A stretch of 64,000 nucleotides of DNA from Dehalococcoidales bacterium (GTDB lineage: Bacteria > Chloroflexota > Dehalococcoidia > Dehalococcoidales > RBG-16-60-22), in contig JBAZGT010000001.1 of assembly GCA_041652735.1 (NCBI GenBank), positions 77,197-141,196 on the forward strand, given 5' to 3'. Each line of letters begins with the position of its first letter. The stretch's first letter is position 1. Of the stretch, positions 27,613-36,093 are shown piece by piece. The position numbers were made by a program, and so were the translations under genes. Below the pieces are notes generated by a model. It was not told the origin of the DNA and ran no database searches. It saw nothing but the letters and a program-made list of their open reading frames with translations.

Positions 27613-29172
27613 CTACACTACCCGGTACTGACCGAGGTCTCGACCTTTAGGGGTAACACAATGGACGGCGCAGGCGATACAGGGGTCGAACGAGCGGATA
27701 ATCCGCACCACTTCAAAGGGGTTCTTCTCGTCCTTGACTTTAGCGCCGATGAGCGCCTGCTCGATAGGCCCGTGCTGACCTTTATCGTCCATCGGGGAGA
27801 CGTTCCAGGTGGTGGGAACGACCGCCTGGTAGTTGGCGATTTTCTTGTTCTTAATCTCAATCCAGTGTCCCAGGGCGCCGCGCGAGCCTTCGATAATGCC
27901 CATGCCGGACGCTTCTTCCGGGAGCTCGTATTCAACATAAGCGGGCTGGCCGGGCTTGAGCGAAAGCGCCCAGCCTTCCAGGTTATCAACAATATACTTG
28001 GCGGAAAGCGCCCGCGCCAGGTGCCGGCCGAGCACGGAGAAAAGCGCCGCCGGGGTGGCGTTAAGCGCTTTCAAAGCGCCGTCCACCATTTCCTTCATCC
28101 TGGGGTCGCCTTTGGCGTAGGTAACGGCCACCCTGGCCAGCGGCCCCACCTCATAGACCTTGCCGTCATAGCGGGGGGCTTTGGACCAGGAGTAAGCGCC
28201 GCTTTTGCCGGCCTGCGGCCTGGTGTCCCCGCTGGAGGGGTGCAGGCCGGAGGTGGCGTCCTCGTACCAGGAGTGCTTGACCTGCTCGGTGATTTTAGAG
28301 GTATCCAGGGCGCCGGGCCGCAAATCCGCGCCGATGGTGCCCTGCTTGAAGAGTCGCTCGCGGGTGGCGTAGTCCGGGCTCTTGCCGTCCAGGTCATACA
28401 TGCCGTAGGAAAGCAGGTTCTTGCAGCCGACGCCGATACCGGCGTAGTCGCCGTAAGCTTTGGCCACGGCCAGCACATCCGGGATATAAACATTATTCAC
28501 AAAGTCCTGGAGGATTTTAATCTTCCAGATATAAGCCATGATATTATCCACCGTGGGGACGCTGGTAACACCGCCGGGCACCACGCCCACGCTGTGCGGG
28601 ACCTTGCCGGAGAAAATGCTGACGGCCTCGTGGCCGATGCGCCGCATCTCCAGCGCCTTCACGTAGTGGGCGACGCACTGCTGGTTGGCCTCCGGGGGGA
28701 GGCGGTAATCGCCCTCATAGCGGGGCATAAACGGCTCCAAAGCGCCGCGCTGGATAAAGTCCTTGACGGAGTTTAGCTGGGAATCATTGCCGGAGTAAGC
28801 AGCCACATCCGCCACGTTCACGTAGTCGAGTGCGGCTAAATGGTAAAAGTGGAGGATATGGTCCTGGATAACGTGCGCGCCGTGAATCAGGTTGCGGATG
28901 ATGCGGCCGTTGTCCGGTATCTTGTCCGCGATGCCGAAGGCGCTGTCCAGGTTCAGGGTGGCGGCGATGCCGTGCGACTGCGGGCAGACGCCGCAAATGC
29001 GCTGGGCGATTACCTGGGCGTCGCGCGGGTCCCGTCCTCTTAAAATAAGTTCCAGGCCGCGGAAAAGATTGCCGGTAGCCCGGGCATCCTTGACCGCGCC
29101 GTTTTCAATAACGCACTCAATCTTGAGGTGTCCCTCAATCCTGGTGACGGGGTCAATAACGATTTTACCCAT
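27613..29172 (-). CDS. [NiFe]-hydrogenase large subunit (uptake-type, group 1/2-like)
   Basis: 519 aa; VTRIEGH, RICGVCPQSH, and C-terminal DPCIACAVH followed by a 15-aa extension (a protease-processed catalytic enzyme). Confidence 0.93.
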   Translation of the reverse strand: MGKIVIDPVTRIEGHLKIECVIENGAVKDARATGNLFRGLELILRGRDPRDAQVIAQRICGVCPQSHGIAATLNLDSAFGIADKIPDNGRIIRNLIHGAHVIQDHILHFYHLAALDYVNVADVAAYSGNDSQLNSVKDFIQRGALEPFMPRYEGDYRLPPEANQQCVAHYVKALEMRRIGHEAVSIFSGKVPHSVGVVPGGVTSVPTVDNIMAYIWKIKILQDFVNNVYIPDVLAVAKAYGDYAGIGVGCKNLLSYGMYDLDGKSPDYATRERLFKQGTIGADLRPGALDTSKITEQVKHSWYEDATSGLHPSSGDTRPQAGKSGAYSWSKAPRYDGKVYEVGPLARVAVTYAKGDPRMKEMVDGALKALNATPAALFSVLGRHLARALSAKYIVDNLEGWALSLKPGQPAYVEYELPEEASGMGIIEGSRGALGHWIEIKNKKIANYQAVVPTTWNVSPMDDKGQHGPIEQALIGAKVKDEKNPFEVVRIIRSFDPCIACAVHCVTPKGRDLGQYRVV

Positions 29173-30071
29173 TATTTCACCTCCTTGTTAGCCCAGTAAG
29201 CGCCGACCACGGGCAGGTCAACGTCCACCAGTTTCTCATAGAACGGGGCCGTCTCGTTGGGGAACTCCGGCTGGGTACAGCCGTTGCACGGCGCCCCGGC
29301 GCCGATAACCCAGTTGGTGCCGCCGTTCCATTTGCGCAGCGGGCAGTCCGCGTGGGTGATGGGCCCCTTGCAGCCGAGCTCGTAGAGGCAGCCGTCATCG
29401 CCGAATTTCTTGGCGAACTTGCCTTCATCGAAATAGGCGCGGCGGGGGCAGTTTTCATGGATGAGCTTGCCGTAGAACGCCCTGGGGCGGAGGAAGTCGT
29501 CCAGCTCTTCCGGTTTGGGGAGGCCGTTCAGGATAATGCCGGCCACCGTCCCCACGAACCAGTCCGGGTGGGGCGGGCAGCCGGGAATATTGATGAGGGG
29601 TTTCTTGATGCCGGCGGACTCGAGGGCCTTTTGCACCGAAACGCAGCCGGTGGGATTGGGAGGCGCCGCCGGAATGCCGCCGAAGGAAGCACAGGTGCCC
29701 ATGGCGATAACCGCCAGCGCGTCCCGGGACAGCTCGATGACTCTTTGCTGCATGGTGACCGGTTTGCCGTCCCTTTCGCCGACAGCCCCGTAAACGCCGC
29801 CGTCCGCGGTGGGCACCGCGCCGTCCACCACCAGGACATATTCGCCCTTCTGCTTTTTGGCGGTGTCCTCCATGACGCCGATAGCCAGTTCCCCGGCCGC
29901 CGCCATGACGACCGGATGGAACTTGAGGTTGATGTGCACGCCCGGCACTATCTGGTCGATAAGCACATTCTTGATCGTGGGGCTAGCCGAATTGAGCATG
30001 GTGACGGCGCAGCCGCTGCAGGCGGCCGTTTGCAGGTAAATTACCGGCAGTTCTTTAACCATCAAGTCCAA
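29172..30071 (-). CDS. [NiFe]-hydrogenase small subunit without a Tat signal peptide
   Basis: 299 aa. It starts MDLMVKELPVIYLQTAACSGC, directly at the proximal-cluster Cys, with no RRxF motif. It keeps the HENCPRR, GCKGPITHADCP and PCNGCT cluster motifs. Its TAA overlaps the large-subunit ATG. Confidence 0.9.
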   Translation of the reverse strand: MDLMVKELPVIYLQTAACSGCAVTMLNSASPTIKNVLIDQIVPGVHINLKFHPVVMAAAGELAIGVMEDTAKKQKGEYVLVVDGAVPTADGGVYGAVGERDGKPVTMQQRVIELSRDALAVIAMGTCASFGGIPAAPPNPTGCVSVQKALESAGIKKPLINIPGCPPHPDWFVGTVAGIILNGLPKPEELDDFLRPRAFYGKLIHENCPRRAYFDEGKFAKKFGDDGCLYELGCKGPITHADCPLRKWNGGTNWVIGAGAPCNGCTQPEFPNETAPFYEKLVDVDLPVVGAYWANKEVK

Positions 30072-30177
30072 CTCCTTTCTCGTTGCTGAGTAAATTCAGG
30101 GGGGTAGGATGTAATATTTAATTATACTAGAAAAAGAGGGGATAAGGGAATCAGGGGAAATACCTAAAAAATAAACT

Positions 30178-30237
30178 CTAAATCCTAAGCACTAAATTCT
30201 AAACGGATATTTTATTAGTTAACAGTTTACAGTTAGG
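30178..30237. repeat. CTAAATCCTAAGC-ACTAAATTCTAAAC motif plus a 3-unit AGTWWAC heptamer mini-array
   Basis: Same module order as at 46118-46560: GGAAATAC, CTAAATCCTAAG motif, heptamers AGTTAAC AGTTTAC AGTTAGG (30217-30237), then a purine/G-rich tract. Confidence 0.7.
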
Positions 30238-30406
30238 GGAGGGAGGTAGGGAATAAAGGGAACCGCCGGAATCCAGGTGGTTTTACCTGGAAATCCAGTA
30301 TATTAATCTCACTGGATACCGATTTGCGTCGGGATGGTCAAGTGACGGGAATTGGAAGAGGGAAACCCGAGACACGGCGCAAGAAGCATACCGGGGAAAC
30401 TGTTGA

Positions 30407-30445
30407 CTAAAAACCCCCTCAATCCCCCTTTAAGAAAGGGAGGAA
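30407..30445 (-). repeat. CCCCCTTT...AAAGGG hairpin module (copy 1), 3' of the Fe-S oxidoreductase gene
   Basis: CTAAAAACCCCCTCAATCCCCCTTTAAGAAAGGGAGGA. On the minus strand this reads as a hairpin followed by GATTGAGGGGGTTTTTAG. Confidence 0.6.
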
Positions 30446-30450
30446 TCAGG

Positions 30451-32409
30451 TTAATCCCCCAGCGCTTTGGCGACGATTTCCGCCAGGTCCAGCACCTGCA
30501 CCTTTTCCGAGGCTTCTTTGTCTTTCAGGCCGTCATCGAACATGGTCATGCAGTAGGGGCAGGCCACGCAGACGGTATCCGGGTTTTGCTTTAAAGCTTC
30601 TTCCACCCGCGCCACGTTGATCAGCGAGCCTTCTTTTTCTTCCATCCACATGCGGCCGCCGCCGGCGCCGCAGCAAAAGCCCTTGTCCCGGTTGCGTGCC
30701 ATTTCCGCCGGCGCCTGACCGGTGGCCGCGCTGATAACCTCGCGGGGGGCGTCAAAGATACCGTTATACCGGCCCAGGTAGCAGGAGTCATGATAGACGA
30801 CATTGCCCAGCTCCGCCGCCGGGTTCAGCTTGATTTTACCGTCATGGATAAGCTGGTTAATCAGCTCGGTGTGGTGAACGACTTCCAGCTCCACGCCATA
30901 TTGCTTATAGTCGTTCTTCAGCGTGCTGAAACAGTGCGGGCACTGGGTGATAATTTTTTTAACGCCTTTTTCCTTGAACATTTTAACGTTGGCCTGGGCC
31001 ATCGTATCGAAAACATACTCGTTGCCGAGGCGGCGCACGCTATCGCCGCAGCACATTTCGTCGCGGCCAAGGGTGCCCCAGGAAATACCGGACTTATCGA
31101 ATATTTTCGCCAGGGAGAGCGTCGTCTTGCGGTTGCGGGCGTCGAACGCCCCGGCGCAGCCCACGTAAAACAGGTAGTCCGTCTTGCCGGCCTCGTAAGA
31201 CGGCACGGTAATATCCGCCGCCCACTTGGTGCGCTCCGCCGGCGCGATGCCCCAGGGGTTGCTGCGCTGCTCCATGTTCTCGAAAAGGGTGAGCAGCTCG
31301 TCCGGGAACTTGGACTTCATTTCCACCAGGTTACGCCGCATGTCCACTATCCGCGGCACGTGCTCGATAAAGACCGGGCAGACCTCCATGCAGGCGCCGC
31401 AGGTGGTGCACTGCCAGATAACATCCTCGGAAACGCTCCCCTCCCCTTCTCCCCCGATGAGCGGCAGCTCTTTAGCGTCTTTCTTGCCGGTCTCCAGCAG
31501 GTTCATCTTGATATCATGTATCACCAGCCGCGGCTGGAGGGACTTGCCGGTAAAGGTGGCCGGGCAGTTGTCCGAACAGCGGCCACACTCGGTGCAGGAA
31601 TAGGAGTCGAACAGCCCTTTCCAGGGGAATTGCGCGACCTGCCCCACCCCGAAGGTATTGCCCTTCTTGAACTCCTCACGACCCTGGGTATTGATTTTGT
31701 CCAGGCTCTTGAAGAAGCAGTTGGGGATGGAGGTAAGCACGTGCATGTGCTTGCTGTAAGGCAGGTAGTTGAGGAAGGAAAGCAGGATAACGGCATGAAT
31801 CCACCACAAGACATTTGCCGCCGTGTCCAGGCCGGCGGCCCCCGCCGGCAGCCAGCCGGCGACCAGGTTGGCGACGGGCATATAGGCACCGGCGCGGTCC
31901 ACGCCGCCGGCGATTTCACAGGCGTTCAGGCCGAAGAAGGCAATCATCAGCCCCGCCACCAGGCCAAGGATAATAAAGGCGTCCCGGCTGCGCGCCTCCA
32001 CGTAAGGGGGCGGGAAAAAGAGGCGGCGGATAACGGCCAGGACTACCGCCAGCAGCGCCAGCAGGGACATGATATCGAAGATTAAAGCCAGGGTGAAATA
32101 GGCGCCGTCCGGCAGGTTGGAGAAGCTCAGGCTGGGAAACAGTCCGTTAAGCAAAAACTCCGTATTGGAGACCAAAAGAATCATGAAAGCCCAGAACAGC
32201 ACGAAGTGGTTGATGCCGAAAGGCTTTTTCACCACGCGCCGCTGGCCGAAGGCGTAATAGAGCATGTTCCAGAAACGCCGCGGGATAGCGTTGAAGCGGT
32301 TGTCCGGCCGGCCTTTCAGGACCAGCCCGAAGCGCCGGTAGCAGCTATAAACGAAGAAAGCCACCGCCAGGACGAAAACGATAATAAACGCTATTACGGT
32401 TCCGGACAT
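30451..32409 (-). CDS. Membrane-bound Fe-S oxidoreductase (N-terminal multi-TM domain, 2x[4Fe-4S], two CCG domains; HdrD/GlpC/DUF224-type)
   Basis: 652 aa; hydrophobic N-terminal third; CTECGRCSDNCP and CTTCGACMEVCP; CCG-type repeats (YVGCAG...CCGDS and YHDSCY...FCCGAGGG). Confidence 0.85.
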   Translation of the reverse strand: MSGTVIAFIIVFVLAVAFFVYSCYRRFGLVLKGRPDNRFNAIPRRFWNMLYYAFGQRRVVKKPFGINHFVLFWAFMILLVSNTEFLLNGLFPSLSFSNLPDGAYFTLALIFDIMSLLALLAVVLAVIRRLFFPPPYVEARSRDAFIILGLVAGLMIAFFGLNACEIAGGVDRAGAYMPVANLVAGWLPAGAAGLDTAANVLWWIHAVILLSFLNYLPYSKHMHVLTSIPNCFFKSLDKINTQGREEFKKGNTFGVGQVAQFPWKGLFDSYSCTECGRCSDNCPATFTGKSLQPRLVIHDIKMNLLETGKKDAKELPLIGGEGEGSVSEDVIWQCTTCGACMEVCPVFIEHVPRIVDMRRNLVEMKSKFPDELLTLFENMEQRSNPWGIAPAERTKWAADITVPSYEAGKTDYLFYVGCAGAFDARNRKTTLSLAKIFDKSGISWGTLGRDEMCCGDSVRRLGNEYVFDTMAQANVKMFKEKGVKKIITQCPHCFSTLKNDYKQYGVELEVVHHTELINQLIHDGKIKLNPAAELGNVVYHDSCYLGRYNGIFDAPREVISAATGQAPAEMARNRDKGFCCGAGGGRMWMEEKEGSLINVARVEEALKQNPDTVCVACPYCMTMFDDGLKDKEASEKVQVLDLAEIVAKALGD

Positions 32410-32421
32410 TATTTATCCCTC

Positions 32422-33762
32422 TTAAGCTGTTTTTCCGGCGGCTTTACGCTGCCGGGCCTCCCGGACATAAGCGGTGATAGCCGGTATCACCTGGAAAAGG
32501 TCGCCGACGATGCCGAAAGTGGCAACCTCGAAGATAGGGGCGTTTTTATCCCGGTTGATGGCGATAATGGTGTCCGAGTCCTGCATGCCCACCAGGTGCT
32601 GGATGGCGCCGCTGATGCCGCAGGCGATGTAAATCTTGGGCCGGACGGTCTTGCCGGTCTGCCCTACCTGTCTTTCCAGGGGCATCCAGCCAGCTTCCAC
32701 GGCGGCGCGGGAACAGGCTACCACGCCGTGCAGTTCGTCCGCCAGCGCCTGGAGAATTTTATAATTATCCGCGTTGCACATGCCGCGCCCGCCGGAAACG
32801 ATAATTTCCGCGGCGGCCACGTCCACGCTGTCCAGATTTTCATCGCTGATGATTTCCAGCACCTTGGCGGCGATGTCCGCTTCCTTGACCGGCGTGGTCT
32901 CCCGGACGATAGCGCCGCGGCGGGAGGCGTCTTTAGCCGGCATGGGCATAACGTGAGGCCGCACCGTGGACATCTGCGGCCGGGTGAACTCCGTTAAAAT
33001 GGTGGCCATGATATTGCCGCCGAAAGCGGGACGCGTCTGCAATAAAAATCCCTTATCGTCGATGGAAAGCCCGGTGCAGTCGGCGGTAAGGCCGGTATGC
33101 AGCCTGGTGGCTACCGCCCCGGCCAGGTCCCGGCCCAGCCCGGTAGCGCCCACCAGCACGATTTCCGGCTTGTACTTTTCAATCAAATAGCAAAGCGTTT
33201 TATAATATGATTCCGTCCGGTAATAGTGGAGAACGGGGTCGTCCACCAGGTAGGCCCTGGCCGCGCCGTAGGCAAAGGCCTCCGTACAGAGGTTCTCCAC
33301 CTTATCCCCGAGGACGACGGAACAAAGCTCGGCGTGCCGGGCTTTAGCCAGCTCCGCCCCCACCCCTAAAAGCTCCCAGGAGACCTCGGCGGGCTTGCCC
33401 TCGGTATGCTCGGTAAAGACCCAGACCCCCTTGTATTCCTTGAGTTTCTCCAGGCGGGGGTCGACGGGAACAATTTCCGGTTCCGGGGCGGGCGCGGCGG
33501 CTTTTTGCTTGGCCAGCTCGTCCAGGATTTTCTGCTCTTCCGGGGTATAGATGATTTCCAGCGCCTGGGCGGGGCAAATCTTAACGCAGCGCTGGCAGCC
33601 GGTGCACTTTACAACGTCGATAACCGGCTCGCCCTTATCGTTCATGGTAACGGCGTCAAATGGGCATTCCGCCTGGCAGCGGGCGCCGCAGGCGATGCAC
33701 TTGCCGGGGATGAGCCGGGCTTTGCCGCGGGGGCGTTTTATTTTCTTCGGTTCTTCTGGCAT
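32422..33762 (-). CDS. etfA: Electron transfer flavoprotein alpha subunit with N-terminal 2x[4Fe-4S] ferredoxin domain
   Basis: 446 aa; [13 protein letters not shown] and [12 protein letters not shown] in the first ~70 aa, an Ala/Pro linker, then the EtfA core ([11 protein letters not shown]). Confidence 0.9.
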   Translation of the reverse strand: MPEEPKKIKRPRGKARLIPGKCIACGARCQAECPFDAVTMNDKGEPVIDVVKCTGCQRCVKICPAQALEIIYTPEEQKILDELAKQKAAAPAPEPEIVPVDPRLEKLKEYKGVWVFTEHTEGKPAEVSWELLGVGAELAKARHAELCSVVLGDKVENLCTEAFAYGAARAYLVDDPVLHYYRTESYYKTLCYLIEKYKPEIVLVGATGLGRDLAGAVATRLHTGLTADCTGLSIDDKGFLLQTRPAFGGNIMATILTEFTRPQMSTVRPHVMPMPAKDASRRGAIVRETTPVKEADIAAKVLEIISDENLDSVDVAAAEIIVSGGRGMCNADNYKILQALADELHGVVACSRAAVEAGWMPLERQVGQTGKTVRPKIYIACGISGAIQHLVGMQDSDTIIAINRDKNAPIFEVATFGIVGDLFQVIPAITAYVREARQRKAAGKTA

Positions 33763-33814
33763 TTTTTATTCAGTATTCCCGGTTTTTTAGCGACCTTGTT
33801 TAATTTCGTTATTT

Positions 33815-33908
33815 TGTCATTCTGAGCGAAAGCGAAGAATATCAGGGCGGTTTGGGGTTTCCACCCCTCCCCGGGATTCTTCGGTCACTATGTTCCCTCA
33901 GAATGACA
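33815..33908. repeat. MITE-like palindromic element (family TGTCATYCTGAG...CTCAGMATGACA), copy 1
   Basis: 94 bp with perfect 12-bp terminal inverted repeats TGTCATTCTGAG / CTCAGAATGACA. It sits between the etfB stop and the etfA start. No target-site duplication is evident. Confidence 0.8.
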
Positions 33909-33923
33909 TCATAATTCCCCGGT

Positions 33924-34736
33924 TTACAGGGACAGCAAGTCCTTTTCTATCATCCGGCTGATCAATAATTTAGCGGTGTCTTCCGGCTTATCCGTCTCTT
34001 GGCCGAGAATCTCGCCTTTGACTCTTTCCGGCGAGAATATCTTGCGCACCTGGGTGGCCGAACCCTTGAGGCCGATGGTGGTCTCGTCCATTTTCATGGC
34101 CTTGTTGTCCCAGAGCACCACCGGGGCGTCCGCGGCCATCAGGCGCATGGGGACGTTGGGATAGCGGGGGGTGTTGATTTCCCGCAGCACGGCAATCATG
34201 ACGGGGAGGGGGGAGGTAACGATTTCATGGCGGCCTTCCAGCTTGCGCCGCACCTTGATTATCTTCGACTTTAAGTCCACCTCTTCCACGCGGTCGACCA
34301 GTGTTAACTGGGAGCAGCCGAGGCGGGTGGCGATGCCGGGGCCTACCTGGGCGGTATCGCCGTCAATGGTCTGGCGGCCGCACATGATGATGGCCAGCTC
34401 TTCTTTTTCCGCCAGTTTCTTGATGGCGCCGGTCAGGACCATGCTGGTGGCCAGCGTATCCGCCCCGCCGAAAACACGGTCGGAGAGTAAAATGGCTTCA
34501 TCGGCGCCCTGGGCTATCGTCTTGCGCAGCGTTACCTCGGCGCTGGGCGGGCCCATGGAAATGACCGCCACGCGGAAGCCGTACTTGTCCTTGAGACGCA
34601 GGCTCTCCTCCAGGGCGTGGGTATCATAGGGGTTCATGATAAAAGGCACGCCTTCTCTGATGAGGGTGCCAGTTACGGGGTCTACTTTAACCTGAGTGGT
34701 ATCAGGTACTTGTTTGACGCAGGTGACTATCAGCAT
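33924..34736 (-). CDS. etfB: Electron transfer flavoprotein beta subunit
   Basis: 270 aa; MLIVTCVKQVPDTTQVKVDP...; typical EtfB N-terminus and DRVFGGADTLATS block. Confidence 0.92.
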   Translation of the reverse strand: MLIVTCVKQVPDTTQVKVDPVTGTLIREGVPFIMNPYDTHALEESLRLKDKYGFRVAVISMGPPSAEVTLRKTIAQGADEAILLSDRVFGGADTLATSMVLTGAIKKLAEKEELAIIMCGRQTIDGDTAQVGPGIATRLGCSQLTLVDRVEEVDLKSKIIKVRRKLEGRHEIVTSPLPVMIAVLREINTPRYPNVPMRLMAADAPVVLWDNKAMKMDETTIGLKGSATQVRKIFSPERVKGEILGQETDKPEDTAKLLISRMIEKDLLSL

Positions 34737-34880
34737 GAAATTAACTATATGATGGGTTAATTAGATACAAAAAAATAATAGCATATATCGCGGCGTTGAG
34801 CAAATCCGGCTGCCCGGCAGATGGTTTTTATGCAGTTTGTACTTTGCCGAACCGTTTAATGCCGTGATACACTATTAAGT

Positions 34881-35657
34881 GTGAACATACTCGTCACCAA
34901 TGATGACGGCATCCAGGCGGAAAGCATCTGGGCGCTGGTACGGGAGCTGAAAAAGATTGCCCGGGTAACGGTAGCGGCCCCGGACGGCGAAAGAAGCGCC
35001 ATCGGCACGGCGGTGACGCTGTTCCACGCGCTGCACGTCCATGAGGTATGCGCCCCGGAGGACGGGGTAAAAGCCTACGCCATCGACGGATCACCGTCCG
35101 ACTGCGTTATCCTCGCTTTAGGCAAGCTGATTGCGGACGAGGTGGACATCGTGGTTTCCGGCATCAATCCCAACGTGAACCTGGGGGAGGATGTCTATAT
35201 CTCCGGGACGGTGGGCGCCGCCATGCAGGGCTATTTCCGCGGCCTGCCCGCCCTGGCGGTATCCGCGCCGCTGGGAAGCAGAACCGGGCTGAAAGCGGGC
35301 GCAAAAGTAGCCGCCATGCTGGCGCAGAAGATGGTCGCCGCCAGTCCGGCCAAAATATTCCTCAACCTGAACGTGCCGGACCGGCCCCTGGAGGAGGTGC
35401 GGGGGGTGGCAATAACGCGCCTGGCCCGCGCCAGCCACATCAACTCCGTGGCCGAGGACAACCGGGGTGATGTGAAGCAGTACCGGCTGGTGCGGGAAAG
35501 GCTGATGGCCTCCGCCATCGAGGGGACGGACATCCACGCCATCGAGAAGGGGGACATCTCCATTACCGCGCTCTACACCAACCTGCTGGACAAACCGCCG
35601 CTGCGCCTGCTGAAAAAGCTACGCAGCGAGCTCGCCCACGAACTGGGGAAAGAATAG
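34881..35657 (+). CDS. surE: 5'/3'-nucleotidase SurE
   Basis: GTG start; MNILVTNDDGIQAESI signature. Confidence 0.92.
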   Translation: MNILVTNDDGIQAESIWALVRELKKIARVTVAAPDGERSAIGTAVTLFHALHVHEVCAPEDGVKAYAIDGSPSDCVILALGKLIADEVDIVVSGINPNVNLGEDVYISGTVGAAMQGYFRGLPALAVSAPLGSRTGLKAGAKVAAMLAQKMVAASPAKIFLNLNVPDRPLEEVRGVAITRLARASHINSVAEDNRGDVKQYRLVRERLMASAIEGTDIHAIEKGDISITALYTNLLDKPPLRLLKKLRSELAHELGKE

Positions 35658-36023
35658 ATGCAGCACCACATCGGCACGGACATCATAGAAATCGAGCGCA
35701 TCCGGCGGGCCATCGAGCGCTACGGGGAGCGTTTCCTCAACCGCGTTTACACCCGGGACGAGCTTGAGATTTACGGGCACCACGCCCACTCGCTGGCGGC
35801 CAGTTTCGCCAGCAAAGAAGCGGTGATGAAAGTGCTGGGCACCGGCAACCGCGGCGTGGCCTGGCGGGAAATAGAAACGCTTTACCACCCCACCGGCAAA
35901 CCGCTCATCAGACTCAACGGCCGGGCGCAACAGGCGGCGGAAAAACTGGGGATAAAAGAGATAGACGTGAGCCTGTCACACTCAAAAGATAACGCCATCG
36001 CCACGGCGATTGGTTCTTGCTGA
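35658..36023 (+). CDS. acpS: Holo-[acyl-carrier-protein] synthase
   Basis: 121 aa; HIGTDIIEIERI and SLSHSKDNAIA motifs. Confidence 0.9.
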   Translation: MQHHIGTDIIEIERIRRAIERYGERFLNRVYTRDELEIYGHHAHSLAASFASKEAVMKVLGTGNRGVAWREIETLYHPTGKPLIRLNGRAQQAAEKLGIKEIDVSLSHSKDNAIATAIGSC

Positions 36024-36063
36024 ACAAAAACCCCCTCTTATCCCCCTTTGCTGAAGGGGGACG
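36024..36063 (-). repeat. CCCCCTTT...AAGGGGG hairpin module (copy 2) between convergent acpS and amidohydrolase genes
   Basis: ACAAAAACCCCCTCTTATCCCCCTTTGCTGAAGGGGGACG; same orientation relative to the minus-strand gene as copy 1. Confidence 0.6.
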
Positions 36064-36093
36064 TCAATGCCCCAAAATGAAGCTTAACGGCTT

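Noticed and set aside
27613-30071. Calling the hydrogenase MvhAG (group 3c)
   Set aside because: The small subunit carries group 1/2-type medial and distal cluster motifs. No MvhD or HdrABC genes are adjacent. Group assignment is therefore left open pending phylogeny.
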